Source: a virus
Length of the DNA stretch: 64,000 nt
Reading direction: 5' to 3' (one strand)
IMG/VR virus record: IMGVR_UViG_3300035682_000005
Shown piece by piece: positions 1 through 9,720 of this stretch. The notes below the pieces were generated by a model. That model searched no databases. It had not been told where the DNA came from and saw nothing but the letters and a program-made list of their open reading frames with translations. Made by a program: the position numbers and the translations under genes. Positions within the stretch are counted from its first letter, which is position 1; each line of letters starts with the position of its first letter.

Positions 1-66
1 AAGGAAGATACGACCACATCCACACAAGAATTGGCTTGTGTTGCAGGTTCGTGTGAACTTACATAA
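1..66 (+). CDS. nrdJ: ribonucleotide reductase, C-terminal fragment (probably class II)
   Basis: Frame 1 reads KEDTTTSTQELACVAGSCELT*; the ELAC-xxx-CE redox tail is typical of class II RNRs; TAA overlaps the next ATG. Confidence 0.65.
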   Translation, partial: KEDTTTSTQELACVAGSCELT

Positions 67-299
67 TGGGAAAGAAAGCAAAAAAAAGTTGTGTATGCCA
101 TGAATGTGAAGTTGAATTTGATATAGTCATCACCAGCAGCCCCGCCGGCCGCCATACTCCACAGATTTGTCCTTTCTGTGGAGATAGCGTTGACATTAAA
201 GATGACCGACCATTTCTCAAAGACTTTGATGAGTATGATGAGTTTGATGATGATGGGTATTACACTGAAGATGAAGACGATCTTGATGATGAAGATTAG
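66..299 (+). CDS. small zinc-ribbon protein with acidic tail
   Basis: CHEC...CPFCG; D/E-rich C-terminus. Confidence 0.7.
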   Translation: MGKKAKKSCVCHECEVEFDIVITSSPAGRHTPQICPFCGDSVDIKDDRPFLKDFDEYDEFDDDGYYTEDEDDLDDED

Positions 300-301
300 T
301 C

Positions 302-862
302 ATGTCACCAGTCACAATAGGAATAGATTACTCGATGTCATCGCCTGCTATTGCCGTTCACACAGGTGATGTTTGGTCTTTTGATTCATGCCAGTTCTAT
401 TTTCTAACGTCTGTAAAAAAGTTTGAGATTAAGACGCCTCGTGTTGAATCGATGCTATACAAGAATTGGCAATCAAACGAAGAGCGATTTGATTACATCT
501 CTTCTTGGTCGTTGAACATCATTAAAAAACATCCAGATGCAAGCGTGTTCATAGAAGATTATGCATTTGCAGCCAAAGGTGTTGTGTTTCACATTGGTGA
601 GTGTGCCGGCACATTAAAACACAAGCTTTGGCTAAACAAGTTTCAATATAAAACATTTTCTCCACCATCTGTCAAAAAGTTTGCATCTGGCAAAGGTAAC
701 GCAAACAAGATTGCCATGCATGATGCATTCATAAACGAGACTGCATTTAACATCACCGCAACCCTCGATTGTAAAGTTGGAGATAGTCCTGCAAGTGATG
801 TTATCGATGCGTACTATGTTGCCAAATATGGCTTCAGCAGCCTCTCTACGAAAAACTCGTAG
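302..862 (+). CDS. RuvC-like Holliday junction resolvase
   Basis: IGIDYS; FIEDY; PPSVKKFASGKGNANK; SDVIDAY acidic motifs. Confidence 0.8.
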   Translation: MSPVTIGIDYSMSSPAIAVHTGDVWSFDSCQFYFLTSVKKFEIKTPRVESMLYKNWQSNEERFDYISSWSLNIIKKHPDASVFIEDYAFAAKGVVFHIGECAGTLKHKLWLNKFQYKTFSPPSVKKFASGKGNANKIAMHDAFINETAFNITATLDCKVGDSPASDVIDAYYVAKYGFSSLSTKNS

Positions 863-1075
863 TCGCATTCTAGGATCGTTTTTAAGCAAAAATAGTCATA
901 AGACGATACTTTACTCATCTTTTTAGAAATCGCCGTTCCTATTGCATTTTCGTTTTCTAACTAGTTGATTTTATTAAGCGAAAAAAAGCGATTTTTTCGT
1001 TGTTCTGTTCTCTTTTTAGTGTTACTCTCTCAGTGTTCAAAACCGTTTCTTTCCAAATTAAATAGAGCTACAACA

Positions 1076-2185
1076 ATGAGAGCAAAATCCAGATACGCTG
1101 TTACTGAGGAAGAGCCACGTTTAAAGCCTGTCGAAACAGAGAGCATCGAATCACAACTTAGTAAGATGCTGACTTGGTACAATTACAATCGCAACAATGA
1201 AGATGCAAAAAAGTATTTTGTAGAATTCTTAAGGCAGTCTGGAGAACCATCAGACACACTCACAAAGATTGAAGAGTGCTCAACGCTTCCTTTGTCGTGT
1301 ACGATTGGATGGTTGTGTCGCATTAAACTTGTCAACATTGATGCTATGCCCAAAACGTATAGTGAAAAAATTGAACGAGAGAAGATGCGAGTGCTTCAAG
1401 TTGTTCTTGCAAAGAAAACTGTTGAAGAAAAGCCTCAAGCTGAGAAAAAACCAAGCGTTCAAGATCATCTTGAGAATCAATTGCGAGAGCTGTTGAGTGA
1501 TCTTGCACTAAAGATCGATGAGTTTGTTGAGACTCGTTGTAAGTCTGCATTCAATCCATATGAATGGCTTAAATCATTTAATGTTAAGCATCAACATGCA
1601 AAAGGTATAGCTGAATATTTTGAAAAGAATCTTTTGTCTGAATTGCGTGATGCTGAATCTGGAGCATGTGAGCAGTTAGTTGAAGCATATTCGTTTTTGA
1701 AAAAAGCTGAACTTAAAAAGTTTATCACATTTGTTGAGTCTATTGTCGAAGAGTCTCGCAAGTGGAGTGATGTTGCAAAACAGATCTCACTCAACAACAG
1801 AGCACCGCGAGCAAAGAAGCCAAAGTCGCCACTGAAACAAGTTGCAAAATTAAAGTATCAAAAAGATCATGAAGGACTTAAGAGTATTCCACCAACACAG
1901 ATTTGTGGAGCAACACAACTTTGGGTCTACAACACAAAGTACAGAACACTTGGCGTATACATTTGCAATAACGCACATGGATTCTCAGTCAAAGGATGTT
2001 CAATCTTAAACTACGATGCAACTGAATCAGTAGCAAAGACTTTGAGAAAACCAGAAGAAATTCTTCCAAAAGTTTTCGAGTCTGGAAAAGTTGCACTCAA
2101 AAAGATTCTTCCAAATGTTCGTTCTAAGGAAAAGAAATTGACTGGACGAATTAATGAAGATACAATACTCCTTAAAGTTGTGTAA
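1076..2185 (+). CDS. conserved T4-like phage hypothetical protein
   Basis: Long ORF; ATG at 1076 more plausible than TTG at 965; C-terminal LWVYNTKYR...KTLRKP...GRINEDTILL. Confidence 0.7.
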   Translation: MRAKSRYAVTEEEPRLKPVETESIESQLSKMLTWYNYNRNNEDAKKYFVEFLRQSGEPSDTLTKIEECSTLPLSCTIGWLCRIKLVNIDAMPKTYSEKIEREKMRVLQVVLAKKTVEEKPQAEKKPSVQDHLENQLRELLSDLALKIDEFVETRCKSAFNPYEWLKSFNVKHQHAKGIAEYFEKNLLSELRDAESGACEQLVEAYSFLKKAELKKFITFVESIVEESRKWSDVAKQISLNNRAPRAKKPKSPLKQVAKLKYQKDHEGLKSIPPTQICGATQLWVYNTKYRTLGVYICNNAHGFSVKGCSILNYDATESVAKTLRKPEEILPKVFESGKVALKKILPNVRSKEKKLTGRINEDTILLKVV

Positions 2186-2186
2186 T

Positions 2187-3581
2187 ATGAATACGATATT
2201 TTTTGACCTTGAAACTACTGACTTAAACACTGTTGGACAAATACTCAACTATGCCTTTGTAGAAGTTGATGCCAACTGGAACATCAAGTCCATGTTGTGT
2301 GATAAGATTACGATCTCTCGCACACAATTGCCGTCGCCTGGTGCCATCTTAGCAACTCGCACTGATATCTTTGAACACATAGCAGAAGCTAAAGATCCAG
2401 AACATATTGCACTAGCAAAAATTCAGAAATACATTTCTGACATAGTAGAGTGGCAAGAAACTCGTCTTGTGGGATTTAACTCAAATAAATTCGACGTGCC
2501 GTATTTGCGAACAAGCATGATAAGAAACGGATTGAATCCATACTTTGGAGGATCAATTAAGTATGGTGATGTTCTTCATGTTGTTCGTAGACTTGCATGT
2601 GACAACGCAGAATTTTGTAGCAAGCTGCAACGAAGAGAAGATGGCCGCTTAATTTTTCGTCTTGAGTCTGTAACAAAATCTCTTGGTCTTCTTGATCCAT
2701 CAGAGATTCAAGCACACGAATCATTGTCTGATGTAATGCTTACAATCAAGCTCGCAAAATATCTTGCAGAAAACTACGATATCGACGTTAGATCATACAG
2801 TTCGTATGAGATTAACAACAATAGATTTGATGTTGTTAAAGTTTTTCCATACACAGACCAGAATGGACAAAAAGTCTCTGATGAATATTGCTACTTTACG
2901 GTACTTGAGCAGAACAAAACACAATCGTTGTTGATCAATCTTAAAAAGTTTGAAAACGGCGCATACAAAGATGCTGTTTCATGGTACAACAAAAACACAT
3001 CAGCACTCTATGTTCAAGAGTATTTGAAAAATGCTGATTTGCGCGACCGCGCTAACGTAGCTCGCGGCGCATTGTCTGATATCAACTTGCAGAATTTCTG
3101 GCCATCAAAAAATTGTGATGTTGAGCAGTTCATCTTTATGATGCCAATAAACCAGATATCTGCACTATATGATGCTGTCTGGCGTCGTGACTTGTATTTA
3201 ATTAAAGAGACTCAAAGTAAGTATGCAAGCCAGTTGTATTTGCGATTCTTGTGCAACACTGCCGATCTTGACCAAGTTGAGCCTCAACTAAAAGATTATG
3301 CCCTGTATCGCTACGGCGGAAAACTGAAAACTGATAAAGAAAATTTTGATGTTCAATATCAACCTGGAGTCTATAGTGAAAGTTTTCATCCAACGTATAA
3401 CGAATTGATTGTGCAAATTGATGAACTTGCAAAAATTCCAGAGAATCAACACATCATGTCTCAGTTAAAAAAGTTTTATGAATCTAGCGCCATTAGTGCT
3501 GTCGCTAGAAAGGAACTTCTAGCCATCAACAGGAGCAAAGATGCCGTACAAGAAAACAATTCATGTGCTCATAGACAATAA
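2187..3581 (+). CDS. DEDDh 3'-5' exonuclease, exonuclease I (SbcB)-like N-terminus
   Basis: FFDLETT (ExoI), GFNSNKFD (ExoII), FRLE, AHESLSDV (ExoIII). Confidence 0.8.
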   Translation: MNTIFFDLETTDLNTVGQILNYAFVEVDANWNIKSMLCDKITISRTQLPSPGAILATRTDIFEHIAEAKDPEHIALAKIQKYISDIVEWQETRLVGFNSNKFDVPYLRTSMIRNGLNPYFGGSIKYGDVLHVVRRLACDNAEFCSKLQRREDGRLIFRLESVTKSLGLLDPSEIQAHESLSDVMLTIKLAKYLAENYDIDVRSYSSYEINNNRFDVVKVFPYTDQNGQKVSDEYCYFTVLEQNKTQSLLINLKKFENGAYKDAVSWYNKNTSALYVQEYLKNADLRDRANVARGALSDINLQNFWPSKNCDVEQFIFMMPINQISALYDAVWRRDLYLIKETQSKYASQLYLRFLCNTADLDQVEPQLKDYALYRYGGKLKTDKENFDVQYQPGVYSESFHPTYNELIVQIDELAKIPENQHIMSQLKKFYESSAISAVARKELLAINRSKDAVQENNSCAHRQ

Positions 3582-3619
3582 CCATGCAGCTACAATAACA
3601 GTGGATATTAAAGACAATT

Positions 3620-3961
3620 ATGCAACAGAGATTGGTACAACCAGCAAAATTGGTGACGAGCTTGATAAGTTCCTCACTGAGCTTATTAAGAAGAATTCTG
3701 ACAAGATCAACCTCCAATGAGATGCCACAGAGAAGAATCAATCTTCTTAAGCAAGTTGATTTTTTGATCGACACTCTTTCAATGTCAAAACTTGATATTC
3801 TATACATGGAGAATTTAAAGATGCCACTTGCGCCAGATGAGCGCATTTACTTTACACAACAGATTGACCGAATCAATAGCGCACTAAAGATACTTCTTTG
3901 GATGCGACACAACATAGAAACAAATCAAAAATTTTGGAAGAAATTTTTACATTGGGGGTAA
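3620..3961 (+). CDS. hypothetical protein
   Basis: ORF tiles with neighbours. Confidence 0.5.
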   Translation: MQQRLVQPAKLVTSLISSSLSLLRRILTRSTSNEMPQRRINLLKQVDFLIDTLSMSKLDILYMENLKMPLAPDERIYFTQQIDRINSALKILLWMRHNIETNQKFWKKFLHWG

Positions 3962-3964
3962 CTT

Positions 3965-4198
3965 ATGGGATTCATCATTACGGGTATCATTGTTGCATTT
4001 GCATTCTTTCTTGGTCGCACCTTAGCTAGAGTTGAAAATGCAATGACGTTCAAAGATCAACTTTTGTTGTTTGTCACGATCATAATCAAAGTTGATCAGT
4101 TGCTTTCATTTTCTGGTAAAAGCATTAAAGATTTGAGTGCTCGTGAAGTCATCGAAAAAGTTCAACAACAATTGGATCTAATGAACAATGGCAAGTAA
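3965..4198 (+). CDS. small membrane protein
   Basis: Hydrophobic N-terminus. Confidence 0.55.
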   Translation: MGFIITGIIVAFAFFLGRTLARVENAMTFKDQLLLFVTIIIKVDQLLSFSGKSIKDLSAREVIEKVQQQLDLMNNGK

Positions 4199-4316
4199 CG
4201 CGCTTGGTATAGTTGTCACGATTATTGCATGTGCAATTCCATTTTACGCCATCGGCTATCGATTTGGCTACGAACGCGCCATTAGTGACATGAAAAAGAT
4301 TCGTTTTAGGAAGTAA
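4188..4316 (+). CDS. 42-aa membrane protein (not in ORF track)
   Basis: MASNALGIVVTIIACAIPFYAIGYRFGYERAISDMKKIRFRK*; fills gap between neighbours. Confidence 0.5.
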   Translation: MASNALGIVVTIIACAIPFYAIGYRFGYERAISDMKKIRFRK

Positions 4317-4321
4317 CTTAT

Positions 4322-4573
4322 ATGGATATACTCATCATCGCAGTTGTTGCAGTGTTTAATTTTTTTCTTGGCTCCTGTGTTGCTTATGTCGTAAGTCTGC
4401 AACACCAGAGAAAGAAAGAAGACGTTGAAGAGAAAGAAATTTATTGTCATGGGTTTGAAGACGGCATATATTATACTATAGACGAATACAATCCTGAGAT
4501 GTTTAGAAAAGAGATTGCTGAAGCTCGTTACAAAGAATACAAAGCTATTAAGTATGGTCCAGAGAGGCATTAA
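4322..4573 (+). CDS. small membrane-anchored protein
   Basis: N-terminal TM helix. Confidence 0.55.
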   Translation: MDILIIAVVAVFNFFLGSCVAYVVSLQHQRKKEDVEEKEIYCHGFEDGIYYTIDEYNPEMFRKEIAEARYKEYKAIKYGPERH

Positions 4574-4579
4574 ACTGAT

Positions 4580-5770
4580 ATGAGCACAGAACACATTGAA
4601 CAAGAGACGACACAACAGAAGCCTTGGCAAAAAGGTTTTAGTCTAGCACACATTAACGCAATTAAAGATAATTTTGCATGTTACAACAAGTTTGCATTCT
4701 CTCCGTTTGCGCAGTGGAATGGACCAAAGATCGCAGACTCTCTTTCTAAACAAAGATTAGTTCCTATAAACGGCGCTGGATATATTGACACTCACGTTGC
4801 AAAGACGAGCACAAACATTGTCATGTACTACGATGTCATCATTGGAAAGAAACTCAGGGGAGACAGAATCATTAATGCTATTGGTGTTGTTGATGGCGGC
4901 TCAACCAAGATTATGATTGATGCAATCAAAGAATTGGCATCAAAGGACACAACACAATCGACTTGGGCATACATTTGGGAAGAAGATGAATCACAACGCA
5001 ACGTCATTGAGAAAGCGGGCTTTAAAAAAGTTGGTATTAAAGTTACTACGTTCTCTGAGATCTACGGTGTGTACTTCAAAGATGCAGTTGACGCAACAAC
5101 AGCACGAAAGCATCCATATGTTGATCCAGCAGAACAACTTTCACTCGTTAAATTAAAGACGCCTGAACTCACAAAGTTGTGCGACAAGATTGCAAAGAAA
5201 CTTGATGCACTTGATGTTGAGTATGCAAATCACTACTCAAAGCACAACAAAGGACGTGCATGGTCTGCAATCTCACTCAGAGGGTTTTCACAAGACCCAT
5301 CCTTTATCTCTAAGCCAGTGTGCATGGGCGAAGCGTGGAACAAAGAACATGCTAATGAGTCATATGCTCTTCAAGATACAGAAATGCGAGCAGTGTTTCC
5401 TGAAGTTGAAGAAGTTGTAAAACTACTTGGACTTGGAACTCAAGAGCGCATTCGATTTATGAGACTTGCTCCAGGTGGAGGTGAACTCACTCGACACACA
5501 GATCAAGTTGAGCCTGATGCTGGTGTTACTGATGGCACGTTGATGCGCATTCACTTGCCAATCAAGACAAACCCAAAAGTAGACTTCACGGTATGGGATT
5601 ACAGAGGACAAGAGCGCACAGTAAACATGACAAAGGGAGAGCTGTGGTATCTTGACATACGCAAGCCACACAGAGCTATAAATGGTGGTAATGAAGAGCG
5701 CATACACCTTGTAATTGATATCGGAGCTACAAATGAGCTTAAATCTCTCCTCCCAGACGAAGTTGAATAG
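4580..5770 (+). CDS. GNAT-like N-terminal domain fused to aspartyl/asparaginyl beta-hydroxylase-type 2OG-Fe(II) dioxygenase
   Basis: RLAPGGGELTRHTD (HxD), RIHLPIKTNP, KPHRAINGGNEERIHLVID; N-half ends in GNAT-like IWEED...IEKAGFKKVG. Confidence 0.75.
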   Translation: MSTEHIEQETTQQKPWQKGFSLAHINAIKDNFACYNKFAFSPFAQWNGPKIADSLSKQRLVPINGAGYIDTHVAKTSTNIVMYYDVIIGKKLRGDRIINAIGVVDGGSTKIMIDAIKELASKDTTQSTWAYIWEEDESQRNVIEKAGFKKVGIKVTTFSEIYGVYFKDAVDATTARKHPYVDPAEQLSLVKLKTPELTKLCDKIAKKLDALDVEYANHYSKHNKGRAWSAISLRGFSQDPSFISKPVCMGEAWNKEHANESYALQDTEMRAVFPEVEEVVKLLGLGTQERIRFMRLAPGGGELTRHTDQVEPDAGVTDGTLMRIHLPIKTNPKVDFTVWDYRGQERTVNMTKGELWYLDIRKPHRAINGGNEERIHLVIDIGATNELKSLLPDEVE

Positions 5771-6209
5771 AGCGACAATAGATCAGCTAGATGAGATCTT
5801 TAGTCACTTCTATAATTGCCGCGAGTGGTTTCCTCACATACGAAAAGATTATGTTGAGCGAAACATATTTGCAGGCAACGTCATTTACGAAGATGGGGTC
5901 ATAATCATTTTCAATCAATACAAGCGTAGACAGCGTATTGGTAATGTTGAAGCCCAGCGAGGCGATTTCATACTTCATCAGATATTGAATCCATATAGAA
6001 ATGTAGACAAGCGTATTGATGCGTCTGAAGTCATGAAACGATTCTGTGCCGAATGTGCAGCCAATGTGTATCTGTCAGTTCGTGAAGAAAATGAACGTGC
6101 ATGCCACTTCTATTTGAAAAATGGATTTGAGCAATCGGGCAGGATCGCATGGTCAAATGGAACTCTTCCTGGATTGGTTTTTATCCATAGAGCCAAGCCA
6201 CAAAAATAA
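5715..6209 (+). CDS. GNAT-family acetyltransferase
   Basis: LSVREENERACHFYLKNGF motif; start may be ATG 5733. Confidence 0.75.
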   Translation: MISELQMSLNLSSQTKLNRATIDQLDEIFSHFYNCREWFPHIRKDYVERNIFAGNVIYEDGVIIIFNQYKRRQRIGNVEAQRGDFILHQILNPYRNVDKRIDASEVMKRFCAECAANVYLSVREENERACHFYLKNGFEQSGRIAWSNGTLPGLVFIHRAKPQK

Positions 6210-6276
6210 AATGTTTACACACTGATTCAAATGTAGTAATATTGTTATTATCGATATTGACACAGTAGGAGGCCTT

Positions 6277-7164
6277 ATCATATTAATTGACTTCAACCAA
6301 ACTCTGATTTCAAACCTGATGTCTCAGATTAGTTCTAACCCAACTTCTCAACTTTCTGAAGATATGATTCGCCATATGGTGCTTTCTTCTATTCTTTCAT
6401 ACAAGAAGAAGTTTGCTGACAAGTATGGTGAGATGGTGTTTTGTGCTGATGACAGACGATACTGGCGCCGTGATGCATTCCCATACTACAAAGCCAATCG
6501 CAAGAAAGCCCGTGATGCATCAAAGCATGACTGGAATCTCATCTTTACAACACTCAACAAGATTCGTGATGAGATCAAAGAAAAGTTTCCATACAAAGTA
6601 ATTCAAGTTGATGGTGCTGAAGCTGACGATATTATTGGCACAATGGTGCGCTACACTCAGACACACAAACTTTCGACAAACACTCTTGACCCCCAACCAG
6701 AAGATGTTCTTATCCTATCGGGTGATAAAGATTTTGTTCAGCTACAGAAGTTCTCAAATGTGAAACAGTTTTCGCCCATGATGAAGAAGTTTCTTACAAC
6801 TGATAATGCACAAAAAGTTTTGCTTGAGCACATTATCACTGGCGATTCAGGCGATGGTGTTCCAAATTTCTTGTCGAGTGATTCTGTTTTTGTGACCGAC
6901 GGTGCTCGACAGAAACCAATACGAAAAGACAAGCTCGCAGAATGGGTTGCCCTTGGAGACCCTGAAAAGTTTTGTGATGATTTGATGTTAAGAAACTTCA
7001 AAAGAAATCAGATGTTGATTGACTTGGATCAAACGCCTGTGGAAATCCAACAGAAAATTGTTGAATCTTATCAAAAAGGTCCATCAGGTGACAGGCGAAA
7101 TTTACTAAATTACTTTGTAGAAAATAGGCTTAAATACTTATTAGAAAGTATTTCTGAGTTTTGA
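6277..7164 (+). CDS. rnh: T4-type RNase H (5'-3' exonuclease); probable non-AUG start
   Basis: IILIDFNQ N-terminus; WRRDAFPYYKANR; EADDIIG; SGDKDF; GDSGDGVPN. Confidence 0.92.
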   Translation: MILIDFNQTLISNLMSQISSNPTSQLSEDMIRHMVLSSILSYKKKFADKYGEMVFCADDRRYWRRDAFPYYKANRKKARDASKHDWNLIFTTLNKIRDEIKEKFPYKVIQVDGAEADDIIGTMVRYTQTHKLSTNTLDPQPEDVLILSGDKDFVQLQKFSNVKQFSPMMKKFLTTDNAQKVLLEHIITGDSGDGVPNFLSSDSVFVTDGARQKPIRKDKLAEWVALGDPEKFCDDLMLRNFKRNQMLIDLDQTPVEIQQKIVESYQKGPSGDRRNLLNYFVENRLKYLLESISEF

Positions 7165-7173
7165 GGAAACAGT

Positions 7174-7686
7174 ATGTCGTCATTGAGTATTGCTGAGATT
7201 GTTGGAAAGTTGAAGTCTGCAAAGACAAAGACTGAAAGAATCGAAATCTTAAAAAACAATGATTGTGCCGCACTTCGTGGCATTATCAGAATGAATTTTG
7301 ATGAGTCGCTTGTACTAGCACTACCTAATGGTAGACCACCGTTCAAGCAAGCAATTGTACCTGACGGTTTTGGAAAGACGACATTAAAATCATCTGCTAA
7401 AGGATGGTATGTTTTTATTGAATCATTATCACCAAATATCAAGCAGAGCAAACGCGAGCTGATGTTTATACAATTGTTAGAGAGTTTGGACAAAAGCGAA
7501 TCTGAAATACTTGTACAAGCTAAAGAACGAAACCTCGACCTTGGCTTGACTAAGAAAGCAATTAACGAGGTGTTTCCTGGGCTAATAAAGTCTGAAGGTA
7601 GTAAAGATGGCAGCAAAAAAGAGTCCTCCAAAGGCGTTACCAGCACCAGCACCAACACAGCCAGCACCCCTAAGGGCGCTAGTTAA
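7174..7686 (+). CDS. conserved T4-like hypothetical protein following rnh
   Basis: LPNGRPPFK, KRELMFIQLLESL. Confidence 0.7.
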   Translation: MSSLSIAEIVGKLKSAKTKTERIEILKNNDCAALRGIIRMNFDESLVLALPNGRPPFKQAIVPDGFGKTTLKSSAKGWYVFIESLSPNIKQSKRELMFIQLLESLDKSESEILVQAKERNLDLGLTKKAINEVFPGLIKSEGSKDGSKKESSKGVTSTSTNTASTPKGAS

Positions 7687-7885
7687 GGTGTATGAAGTCT
7701 TGCTGACTTTTGATACGAACAAGACAAACGAGCAGATCGACGAAGAAACAAATCAATTAATTGAAAAGATCAATGCGTTGTTAGCCACCCACATTAAAGA
7801 TTCTCTTCCACAAATCTTCAAAGATAAGCAGAAGAAGACTAAGATTGCTATTGTTCCAATAAAACCAGAAGATTTGGAAGACTAA
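7607..7885 (+). CDS. hypothetical protein
   Basis: ORF with Pro-rich N-terminus. Confidence 0.5.
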   Translation: MAAKKSPPKALPAPAPTQPAPLRALVKVYEVLLTFDTNKTNEQIDEETNQLIEKINALLATHIKDSLPQIFKDKQKKTKIAIVPIKPEDLED

Positions 7886-7910
7886 TCACGACCAATTCAA
7901 TCAACAATAC

Positions 7911-7951
7911 GCACCAAATTGTCTAAATAAAAGTTTAGGCAAAACGGTGTT
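7911..7951 (+). promoter_or_regulatory. late promoter (CTAAATA) within RBS-sequestering hairpin
   Basis: CTAAATA 7923-7929; TTGTCTAAA/TTTAGGCAA and GCACC/GGTGT arms. Confidence 0.55.
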
Positions 7952-8620
7952 ATGCTGAAACTCATTTCTATAATCTTCAAAATCACTCGCTATACGATCT
8001 CCGTGGCGTTTTATACACTTGCTACGTTGGTGCTTATAGGTCTTATACTTAATCCATCAGTTGCGCTCAACTCAGGGGCTTCTGTCACTGTGACGGCAAC
8101 TGACAGGGCAATGATACATGAGTTGTTTCCCAACTCTTCGTGGAATGATGTTGAGCCTTGCGGACTTCATTTTGATGAGCAAAAAGAATTCAGCACCGCA
8201 TTGCAGTGTGTAAACACAAACGTGTGGCCTGAATCACCAATTGTAAAAGAAGAATTTACACATATTCCACGGTGTTTTGTGGTAAAAGCAAAATCACCTG
8301 ACGTATACACTAGCCCAAAAGCTGGTTTTAATTTCTGGCCTATATTTGACGTTACGCCACAGGGTATTGCAGCAGGTGCTGTTGTGGGTGTTTATCAGCC
8401 GGAAACTCGCACAGTGTTCATTGTAGAGAACGTAGATGCACCTATGGTGTATCGACACGAGTTGCAACATTACTTCTTACACATTCATAACCCAGAAACA
8501 GGCGGCGGGGGTCACTTTCAAGAGATTTGGAAGAAGTGTGAAGCTCCGTATTATACACCGTCGGAGAAAGTAACAAAGAATTTACCAACTCCGACAGCTA
8601 CGGAAACTCCAAGTAACTAA
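7952..8620 (+). CDS. membrane-anchored HExxH putative zinc peptidase
   Basis: N-terminal TM; VGVY...RHELQH. Confidence 0.55.
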   Translation: MLKLISIIFKITRYTISVAFYTLATLVLIGLILNPSVALNSGASVTVTATDRAMIHELFPNSSWNDVEPCGLHFDEQKEFSTALQCVNTNVWPESPIVKEEFTHIPRCFVVKAKSPDVYTSPKAGFNFWPIFDVTPQGIAAGAVVGVYQPETRTVFIVENVDAPMVYRHELQHYFLHIHNPETGGGGHFQEIWKKCEAPYYTPSEKVTKNLPTPTATETPSN

Positions 8621-8627
8621 TTGAACG

Positions 8628-8783
8628 TTACTTTGCTTTTGGTTTACGTGTAGACTTTTTAGTTGTCTTTTTGGATATTTCTGCTGGTGCAGCTGGAAGT
8701 GGTCCTGCCTTACATGCCTTTTTCAATCCAAGTTTGAAGAGAATGCGACAAACCAAACACGTAACTTTCTTTTTAATACTCAT
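8628..8783 (-). CDS. 51-aa basic protein (not in ORF track)
   Basis: MSIKKKVTCLVCRILFKLG...KPKAK*; preceded by AAGGGTG SD and CTAAATA on - strand. Confidence 0.55.
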   Translation of the reverse strand: MSIKKKVTCLVCRILFKLGLKKACKAGPLPAAPAEISKKTTKKSTRKPKAK

Positions 8784-8860
8784 ATTGTACACCCTTAAAA
8801 ATAGTTGTTAATTATTTAGGGCCGACTTTTTCCTTTTGTTTCAATTTGGATATTTGTCGC

Positions 8861-8889
8861 TTTACATGAAAGCTGTTCTATAGTATGAT
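8861..8889 (+). promoter_or_regulatory. sigma70-type promoter (leaderless)
   Basis: TTTACA-17-TATGAT, ATG 6 nt downstream. Confidence 0.6.
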
Positions 8890-8895
8890 AGTTGT

Positions 8896-9471
8896 ATGAA
8901 CATATTCTTTCTTGATGAAAATCCCCATCTTGCAGCCCAGTACCACTTAGACAAGCACGTAGTAAAAATGGTCTTAGAGTCTGCACAACTTCTATGCACT
9001 GCACACAGGCTTCTTGACGGCATCGAAACTAAACAATCCAAAACTACTCGCTCTGGTAAAATTCGCAATGTCAAACGTTATGTGCTTGCTAATCCACTTA
9101 ACAATGAACTTATGTACAGTGTGACACATATTAATCATCCGTGCACTATATGGTGTTGCGATAACATAAATAACTATATGTGGTTGTATGAACTATTCGT
9201 GGCGCTGTGTAATGAGTACACGTTTCGCTACGGCAAAAAACACAAGACCGATCTAATGTTGCGTGACATTCTCAAGTCGCCACCAATCAGCATTTCTCAT
9301 GCGCCATTCACTACACCCGCACAAGCAATGCCTGATCAATACAAGCATTCTAATCCTGTTATTGCATATCAGCAATATTACATGGGACCAAAAGCTGTGT
9401 TTGCAAAATGGACCAAACGTCCAGTCCCATCGTGGTTTACACCGGAGCAAGATTACCATGCCAATGTATGA
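8896..9471 (+). CDS. pyrimidine dimer DNA glycosylase (DenV family)
   Basis: MNIFFLD...DKHVVKMVLESAQLLCTAH; HINHPCTIW; EYTFRYGKKH. Confidence 0.8.
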   Translation: MNIFFLDENPHLAAQYHLDKHVVKMVLESAQLLCTAHRLLDGIETKQSKTTRSGKIRNVKRYVLANPLNNELMYSVTHINHPCTIWCCDNINNYMWLYELFVALCNEYTFRYGKKHKTDLMLRDILKSPPISISHAPFTTPAQAMPDQYKHSNPVIAYQQYYMGPKAVFAKWTKRPVPSWFTPEQDYHANV

Positions 9472-9718
9472 TTACAAATGCTCAGAGTGTAAACACACTT
9501 TTGACAAGATACTAAAAATTGCAGATATAAACGCTCCTGAAAATGAGCCTTGCCCTCATTGTGGCAAAACAAATTGCATAAGTATATCAGTAGGAGCTCC
9601 GGCTTTGATGAGTCCTTTCAGAGTAGAAGGTTTAAAAAAACCTTCGGGACAATTCAGAGAAAGAGTTCAACAGATAAAGAAGGGATTGCCTAAAAAGACT
9701 ACACTCAAGGATTACTAA
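9458..9718 (+). CDS. FmdB-family zinc-ribbon protein
   Basis: MPMYDYKCSECKHTF...CPHCG; true start is the internal ATG 9458. Confidence 0.8.
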   Translation: MPMYDYKCSECKHTFDKILKIADINAPENEPCPHCGKTNCISISVGAPALMSPFRVEGLKKPSGQFRERVQQIKKGLPKKTTLKDY

Positions 9719-9720
9719 AA

